DNA from: Armatimonadota bacterium | Lineage (GTDB): Bacteria; Armatimonadota; UBA10988 | Length of the DNA: 32,733 nt | NCBI GenBank assembly: GCA_016235455.1 | Contig: JACRKZ010000050.1 | Location: forward strand, 1-32,733 | Direction of reading: 5' to 3' | Shown here: positions 27,469 through 32,733 of the stretch, piece after piece | How positions within the stretch are numbered: position 1 is the stretch's first letter | How the letters are laid out: every line of letters begins with the position of its first letter | Position numbers and translations under genes: made by a program | Notes under the pieces: generated by a model | What the model saw: the letters and a program-made list of their open reading frames with translations, nothing else | Told to the model about the DNA's origin: nothing | Database searches by the model: none

Positions 27469-30400
27469 ATGGCTACGCCAGATCGCATCACGGAGCTGAG
27501 CGACCGCTTCGACAGCCTGCGAGCGCAGTACCAGAGCAGTGCCTACAACGAAACGCAGGTGCGACGTGACTTCCTGGACCCGCTGTTCCGCGAACTGGGC
27601 TGGGACGTCGACAACCAGCAAGGCCACGCCGAGGCCTATCGCGATGTGATCTGCGAGTACTCGTTGACCGGCGCTGGACCGGCGACGCGGCCGGACTACT
27701 GCTTTCAGATAGGTGGCCGGCCGATCTTCTTCGCCGAGGCCAAGAAGCCGTCCGTGGTCCTCAAGGACGACATCGCCGCCGCCTACCAGATTCGGCGCTA
27801 CGCTTGGTCCGCCAAGCTGTCGCTGAGCATCCTGACCGACTTCGAGGAGTTTGCCGTCTACGACTGCCGGGCCAAGCCGGTGAAAACCGACTCGGCTGCT
27901 CAGGGCCGCGTGTTGTACATGACCTATCGGGATTACGCCGCCCGATGGGACGAAATCGCCGCACGGTTCAGCAAGACCGCCGTGCTCAAGGGCGCGTTCG
28001 ATGAGTACGCGAAGAGCAGCAAGGCGAAGCGCGGCACCGCTGATGTCGACGATGCCTTCCTGGCTGAACTCGAAGGCTGGCGCGAGATGCTGGCGCGCAA
28101 CCTGGCGCTGCGTAACGCCGCGCTTACGTCGCGCCAGCTCAACCACGCGGTGCAGGCCACGCTCGACCGCATCATCTTCCTGCGCATCGCGGAAGATCGC
28201 GGCATCGAGAGCTACGGCCAGATGCAGGGCCTGCTCAACGGCACGGGCATCTACGGTCGGCTCACAAAGCTGTTCAAGGATGCCGACGATAAGTACAACT
28301 CCGGCCTCTTCCACTTCGGCAGCGAGAAGGGCCGCGCCGGCAGCGATGACGGCTGGACGCTGAACCTCAACCTCGATGACAAGGTGCTCAAGGACATCAT
28401 CAAGGGCCTCTACTTTCCCGACAGCCCCTACGCCTTTGCCGTGGTGCCCGCCGATCTGCTCGGTCAGGTCTACGAACGGTTCCTGGGCAAGGTCATCCGC
28501 CTCACGGCTGGGCACCAGGCCAAGGTCGAGGAGAAGCCGGAGGTCAAGAAGGCTGGTGGCGTCTACTACACGCCAACCTACATCGTCGACCACATCGTTC
28601 GCCGCACGGTGGAGCCGTTGTTGGAGGGCAAGCAACCCAAGCAGGTCGCCACACTGCGCATCCTGGACCCCGCGTGTGGCTCGGGCTCGTTTCTTCTGGG
28701 CGCCTACGACTACCTGCTCGACTGGTACTTGACGGCCTACAGCGACAAGCCCGCCGAGTGGCTCAAGGGCAAGGAGCCGCGGCTGGCGCAGACACCGGGC
28801 GGCTATCGCCTGACCACGCGCGAGCGCAAGCGCATCCTCACCGACCACCTGTTCGGCGTCGACATCGACGCGCAGGCGGTGGAGGTGACCAAGCTGTCGC
28901 TCCTGCTCAAGGTGCTCGAAGGCGAGAACGAGCAGTCGCTCAACAGGCAGCTCAGCCTGTTTCACGAGCGCGCGCTACCCGACCTGGACCGGAACATCCA
29001 GTGCGGCAACTCGCTGCTCGGCCCGGAGTTCTACACCAGCCACCTGCCCGGCACACTGGACGACGAGACCGAGTACCGGGTCAACGTCTTCGACTGGCAG
29101 GCTGGGTTCCCGGCCGCCATGGCCGCCGGTGGGTTCGACGCCGTCGTCGGCAACCCGCCGTACATCCGTATCCAAACACTCAAGGAGTGGGCGCCGGTCG
29201 AGGTCGAGGAGTACAAGCAGCGCTACCGCTCGGCGGGCCGCGGCAACTACGACATCTACGTGGTCTTCGTCGAGCGCGGGCTGGCTCTGCTCAATGCCAA
29301 CGGCCGGTTGGGCTTCATTCTGCCGCACAAGTTCACCAATGCCAAGTACGGAGAGCCGCTACGCGCACTGGTGGCTGCCGGTCGGCACCTGGCCGAGGTC
29401 ATTCACTTCGGCGACCGGCAAGTGTTCGAGGGAGCCACGACGTACACCTGCCTGATGTTTCTGGACAAGTGTGGGGCTGAGAAGTGCCAGGTCACGCATG
29501 TGGCGGACCTGGCAGCATGGGACCGGGGAGAGGCGATGCCATCAGGGCATGTGGCTGCAGCCGACCTCGGCTCGGGTGAATGGTCCTTCGCCGTTGGCAA
29601 TTCGGGCCGGCTGCTTACCAAAGTTGCCGACGGTCTCCTGCTGTTGGGCGACATCGTCGATCAGTTTGTGGGTGTTCAGACCAGCGCCGACAGCGTGTAT
29701 ATCCTGACTGAACAGGCGACTTTCGGGCCAGAGCCGAGCTACTTGTCCGTGGCCCTCGGCGAGAGCATCGCCATTGAACCAGGCCTACTCCGGCATATAG
29801 TGAGTGGCACCGATGTCAGCAGATACGGTGCCATGCCACGCCGTCAGGTCATCCTCTATCCGTACGACGTGACCGACGAGACCGCGACGCTGATCGACTT
29901 CGCCGACCTGCAGGACCGGTTCCCCGCCGGGGCCGAGTATCTGCACCGCAACCGTGCCCAACTGGAGGGCCGTGAAGGTGGCAAGTTCCGTGACGAGCAC
30001 TGGTACAGGTTCGGCCGCAACCAGAACATCGGCATCCAGTCCCGTGTGAAGCTCTGTGTGCCGCGCCTCGTCAAGCGCCTGTGTGCAGCCCCTGATCCAG
30101 ATGGCTCGCGCTGCCTTGACAACGTGGATGTGGGCGGGTTGACGATCCGTACCGCCTTCGCAGACCTAGACAGGCGGTACCTGCTGGCCATCCTCAATAG
30201 CCGGCTTCTAGGCTGGTACTTCCCCTATATCAGTGCGCCGTTCAGTGGGGGCTTCTGGTCGGCCAACCGCCAGTTCCTGAGCCGTGCGCCTATCCGTTTG
30301 GCCAGCCCAACCGTCCCCGAGGACGTCGCCCGGCACGACGAACTGGTGAACCTGGTCGACCAGATGCTGGCTCTTCACAAGCAGCTTTGCGCGGACCTGG

Positions 30401-30528
30401 CGCCGCGTGAGCGCCAACAGACCGAGCGGCGCATCACCGCCACGGACACCCGCATCGACCAGATCGTCTACGAGCTGTACGGGCTGAGCGACAAGGAAAT
30501 CGCCCTGGTCGAGGATACGACCGGGTGA
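27469..30528 (+). CDS. Type IIG restriction-modification enzyme (fused endonuclease, N6-adenine methyltransferase and TRD; Eco57I-like)
   Basis: N-terminal PD-(D/E)xK nuclease RPDY...AEAKK, GVYYTP, motif I DPACGSG, motif IV GNPPY, TaqI-C-like C-terminus, IDQIVYELYGL tail; GGAG RBS. Confidence 0.92.
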   Translation: MATPDRITELSDRFDSLRAQYQSSAYNETQVRRDFLDPLFRELGWDVDNQQGHAEAYRDVICEYSLTGAGPATRPDYCFQIGGRPIFFAEAKKPSVVLKDDIAAAYQIRRYAWSAKLSLSILTDFEEFAVYDCRAKPVKTDSAAQGRVLYMTYRDYAARWDEIAARFSKTAVLKGAFDEYAKSSKAKRGTADVDDAFLAELEGWREMLARNLALRNAALTSRQLNHAVQATLDRIIFLRIAEDRGIESYGQMQGLLNGTGIYGRLTKLFKDADDKYNSGLFHFGSEKGRAGSDDGWTLNLNLDDKVLKDIIKGLYFPDSPYAFAVVPADLLGQVYERFLGKVIRLTAGHQAKVEEKPEVKKAGGVYYTPTYIVDHIVRRTVEPLLEGKQPKQVATLRILDPACGSGSFLLGAYDYLLDWYLTAYSDKPAEWLKGKEPRLAQTPGGYRLTTRERKRILTDHLFGVDIDAQAVEVTKLSLLLKVLEGENEQSLNRQLSLFHERALPDLDRNIQCGNSLLGPEFYTSHLPGTLDDETEYRVNVFDWQAGFPAAMAAGGFDAVVGNPPYIRIQTLKEWAPVEVEEYKQRYRSAGRGNYDIYVVFVERGLALLNANGRLGFILPHKFTNAKYGEPLRALVAAGRHLAEVIHFGDRQVFEGATTYTCLMFLDKCGAEKCQVTHVADLAAWDRGEAMPSGHVAAADLGSGEWSFAVGNSGRLLTKVADGLLLLGDIVDQFVGVQTSADSVYILTEQATFGPEPSYLSVALGESIAIEPGLLRHIVSGTDVSRYGAMPRRQVILYPYDVTDETATLIDFADLQDRFPAGAEYLHRNRAQLEGREGGKFRDEHWYRFGRNQNIGIQSRVKLCVPRLVKRLCAAPDPDGSRCLDNVDVGGLTIRTAFADLDRRYLLAILNSRLLGWYFPYISAPFSGGFWSANRQFLSRAPIRLASPTVPEDVARHDELVNLVDQMLALHKQLCADLAPRERQQTERRITATDTRIDQIVYELYGLSDKEIALVEDTTG

Positions 30529-30587
30529 TGCTAGGCACCACAGGTCAGCTAGGCTGATCGTGGCGAAGCCCTGTATCGGCGCGCTCC

Positions 30588-30632
30588 GTCTGCCACGTCG
30601 GACTTGTCTGACCTGTCGGACACGTCCGACAG
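30588..30632. repeat. Tandem 9-bp repeat with palindromic GTCnGAC core (REP-like)
   Basis: GTCTGCCAC GTCGGACTT GTCTGACCT GTCGGACAC GTCCGACAG. Confidence 0.8.
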
Positions 30633-30689
30633 CGCGCGCCGCGCACCGAAGCTGCGCCGACCCCACCTGAACCCACCCGCGAATCTCAC

Positions 30690-30730
30690 TTGACACCCGC
30701 CACGCAACTGTACTAACCTTCCTAGTACAG
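30690..30730 (+). promoter_or_regulatory. Sigma70-type promoter overlapped by a YtrA/GntR-type operator
   Basis: TTGACA (30690-30695), TAACCT (30714-30719), and inverted repeat CTGTACTA-N7-TAGTACAG (30708-30730) just upstream of the GntR start. Confidence 0.85.
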
Positions 30731-30738
30731 GTGATACC

Positions 30739-31088
30739 ATGGAGATCGTGCTCCAGGCGGGCAGTCGTCAGCCCATATGGCGGCAGTTGGCCGAGCAGAT
30801 TCGCGAGGGTGTGGCCCAGGGGCGCGCCGGTTGGTCATCAACCCGAACACGGTGGCGCGGGTCTATCTGGAGCTTGAGCGCGAAGGGGTGTTGGAAACCC
30901 GGCCTGGTGTGGGTGTGTTCGTGGCGCGGCCGCGTGATGAGCTGCGCGATGCGGTGCGGCGGCGGCGGCTGGCCGAGGCGGTGGATAAGCTGCTGACCGA
31001 GGCGGTGCTGCTGGGCTTCTCGGAAGCCGAGTTGATGCGGGTGGTGGAGGAGCGGCTGGCCAGCTATCGCTGGTCGCGAGAGGGGTGA
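30739..31088 (+). pseudogene. YtrA-subfamily GntR regulator disrupted by a frameshifting internal deletion
   Basis: One frame gives QPIWRQLAEQIREGVAQGR and another gives RRLVINPNTVARVYLELEREGVLETRPGVGVFVA. The usual LxPGxxLPSxRxLA segment is missing at ~30825. Confidence 0.8.
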
Positions 31089-31092
31089 GACG

Positions 31093-32004
31093 ATGGGCGA
31101 TGTGGTGCTGGCCGAGGGCTTGACCAAGCGCTATGGTGGGCGCGCGGTGGTCGATGGGCTGGAGTTGTGCGTGCCCGAGGGCTGTTGCTATGGGCTGCTG
31201 GGGCCCAATGGCGCGGGCAAGTCGACCGCGCTGAAGATGCTCATGGGGCTGATCTGCCCCGATGCCGGGCGGAGCAGCCTGTTCGGCGAGGATTCGCAGC
31301 GGCTCAGCCCGCCGACACTGGCGCGCACGGCCTATCTGGCCGAGAACCATCCCCTCTATCGCTGGATGACCATCCGCCAGATGACCAGCTTCGCGCGGTC
31401 GTTCTATCCGCGCTGGAACGACGAGCTGGTGGGTGCCATCTACGACCATTTCGGCCTCAACTGGGGCCAGCGCATCGGCCGGCTGTCCAACGGTCAGCGC
31501 GCGCAGGTGTCGCTGGCGCTGGCCGTGGCCACCGAGCCGGAGCTGCTCATCCTGGACGACCCGACGCTGGGGCTCGACCCGCTGGTGCGGCGCGACTTCC
31601 TCGAGTCGCTGGTGCAGATCATCGCCCAGCCGGGCCGCACCATCATCTTCTCCTCGCACATCCTGGGCGATGTGGAACGCGTGGTGGACCGCATCGGCAT
31701 TCTGGTGGACGGCTCGCTGCGCGTGGACCGGCCGCTGGACGATCTCAAGGAGCGTCTGCGCCGCGTGATCCTGACCTTTGGCGCGCCGCCGCCCAAGACG
31801 CCCAACTGGCCCGAGTTGGTCTCGGCCCACCGTGGCGAGGATCGGCTGGAGCTGGTGGTGGACGGCTGGGACGAGAGCGTCCATGCCGCCGCGCTGGTGC
31901 TGGCGCCGGCCACGCTGCAAGTCGTCGAGATGGATCTGGAGGAGATCTTCGTGGCCTATGTGGGCGGGTCGCGGTCGGCCCTGCCGGCGTTCGGGGAGGG
32001 TTGA
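31093..32004 (+). CDS. ABC transporter ATP-binding protein (YtrB-like)
   Basis: Walker A GPNGAGKST, signature LSNGQ, Walker B LILDDP, H-loop SSH. Confidence 0.92.
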   Translation: MGDVVLAEGLTKRYGGRAVVDGLELCVPEGCCYGLLGPNGAGKSTALKMLMGLICPDAGRSSLFGEDSQRLSPPTLARTAYLAENHPLYRWMTIRQMTSFARSFYPRWNDELVGAIYDHFGLNWGQRIGRLSNGQRAQVSLALAVATEPELLILDDPTLGLDPLVRRDFLESLVQIIAQPGRTIIFSSHILGDVERVVDRIGILVDGSLRVDRPLDDLKERLRRVILTFGAPPPKTPNWPELVSAHRGEDRLELVVDGWDESVHAAALVLAPATLQVVEMDLEEIFVAYVGGSRSALPAFGEG

Positions 32005-32005
32005 G

Positions 32006-32644
32006 GTGCCGGCGGTGCGGGTGCTGGCCAAGGAGCTGGCGGTGCCGCTGCGGCTGGGCGCCGCGGTGCTGGTCTGGTCGCTGTGGTCGGTAGCCGGCGC
32101 GCTGTCGCGGTGCCGCGTCGACTCGGAGGAGCTGTTCGGCGATCTGAGCCGTCTGCGCGGCGTCGACACGCTATGGCTGGTGTCGGTCGCGCTGGCCGCC
32201 GCAGTGGGCCTGTGGCTGACCTGGGGTGAAACGCGCTGGGGCTCCTGGGCGCTGCTGCTGACGCGGCCCGTCCGCCGGCGGCGGGTGGTGGCGCTCAAGC
32301 TGCTGGCCGGCGCGCTGGTCGTGCTGCCGGTCACGGCGCTGCCGATAGCGCTCTTGCACGGCTGGGTGGCGTGGTCGGGCCAAGCGGCCTGGCCCTACGA
32401 CCCGGCCAGCGCGGCAGCGTTGTGGCGCGGCTGGCTGGCCGTGCCAGCGTGGTATCTGGCGTGCTTCAGCACCGGCCTTCCAGCTCGCCCGACAACGGCC
32501 TGGCGGTGGCTGCCGCTGGCCGGCGCGGCGGTGCTGGCGCGGGGGTTGGGCTTCGTGGAGCGGCCGGGGTGGTTGGCGCTGGCCGTCAGCGCGGCGCTGG
32601 CCGTCGGCGCGCTGCTTGAGGCGGAGCGGATGGACTGGGGGTAG
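32006..32644 (+). CDS. ABC-2-type transporter permease
   Basis: Multiple TM helices; GETRWGSWALLLTRPVRRRRVVALKL matches the ABC-2 permease E..G....LL.RP..R......K pattern; GTG start right after the ATPase stop. Confidence 0.75.
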   Translation: MPAVRVLAKELAVPLRLGAAVLVWSLWSVAGALSRCRVDSEELFGDLSRLRGVDTLWLVSVALAAAVGLWLTWGETRWGSWALLLTRPVRRRRVVALKLLAGALVVLPVTALPIALLHGWVAWSGQAAWPYDPASAAALWRGWLAVPAWYLACFSTGLPARPTTAWRWLPLAGAAVLARGLGFVERPGWLALAVSAALAVGALLEAERMDWG

Positions 32645-32646
32645 CC

Positions 32647-32733
32647 ATGGGCGAGCTATGCGCGGTGCCACGCCGCCTGTTGGCGGGGCTCGCCTGGGGG
32701 CTGGTGTGGGCCGGGCTGGTGGCGCTGTGGCCG
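32647..32733 (+). CDS. Membrane protein (5' fragment; runs off the window)
   Basis: ATG 2 nt after the permease stop; MGELCAVPRRLLAGLAWGLVWAGLVALWP, open to the end. Confidence 0.5.
   Translation, partial: MGELCAVPRRLLAGLAWGLVWAGLVALWP

Noticed and set aside
4530-28965. Long antisense or alternate-frame ORFs (e.g. 4530-6503, 10871-12916, 14420-15925, 17286-18899, 19333-20877, 27316-28965)
   Set aside because: Shadow ORFs expected at high GC. They overlap motif-supported genes and have no motifs of their own.
31540-31570. Inactive ABC ATPase because Walker B reads LDDP instead of LDEP
   Set aside because: This is a conservative change and the other motifs are intact, so it is insufficient evidence without an alignment.

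Overview
High-GC bacterial chromosomal window. An Armatimonadota/PVC-like origin is only a guess from protein style. The left part (1-12331) is a cluster of secreted proteins: a PepSY/TolB-like lipoprotein, a DUF6807/PmoA-like protein, a multidomain GH44, a GH5 cellulase and an HExxH metallopeptidase-like protein. It also holds a ~270-bp chimeric relic made of the start of one neighbouring gene fused to the end of another. The middle part has a sugar-binding protein translationally coupled to a PAS hybrid histidine kinase, an orphan glycyl radical enzyme, and an isolated phage terminase small/large pair with intact motifs and no other phage genes, followed directly by a decayed IS4-family element. 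The right part has an NHL-repeat lipoprotein, a SAF-domain oxidoreductase with a possible glycosyltransferase, a type IIG restriction-modification enzyme, a 9-bp palindromic tandem repeat, and a YtrA/GntR-regulated ABC operon whose repressor carries an internal frameshifting deletion. No rRNA, tRNA or CRISPR array was seen. All calls come from reading motifs by eye; no searches were run.
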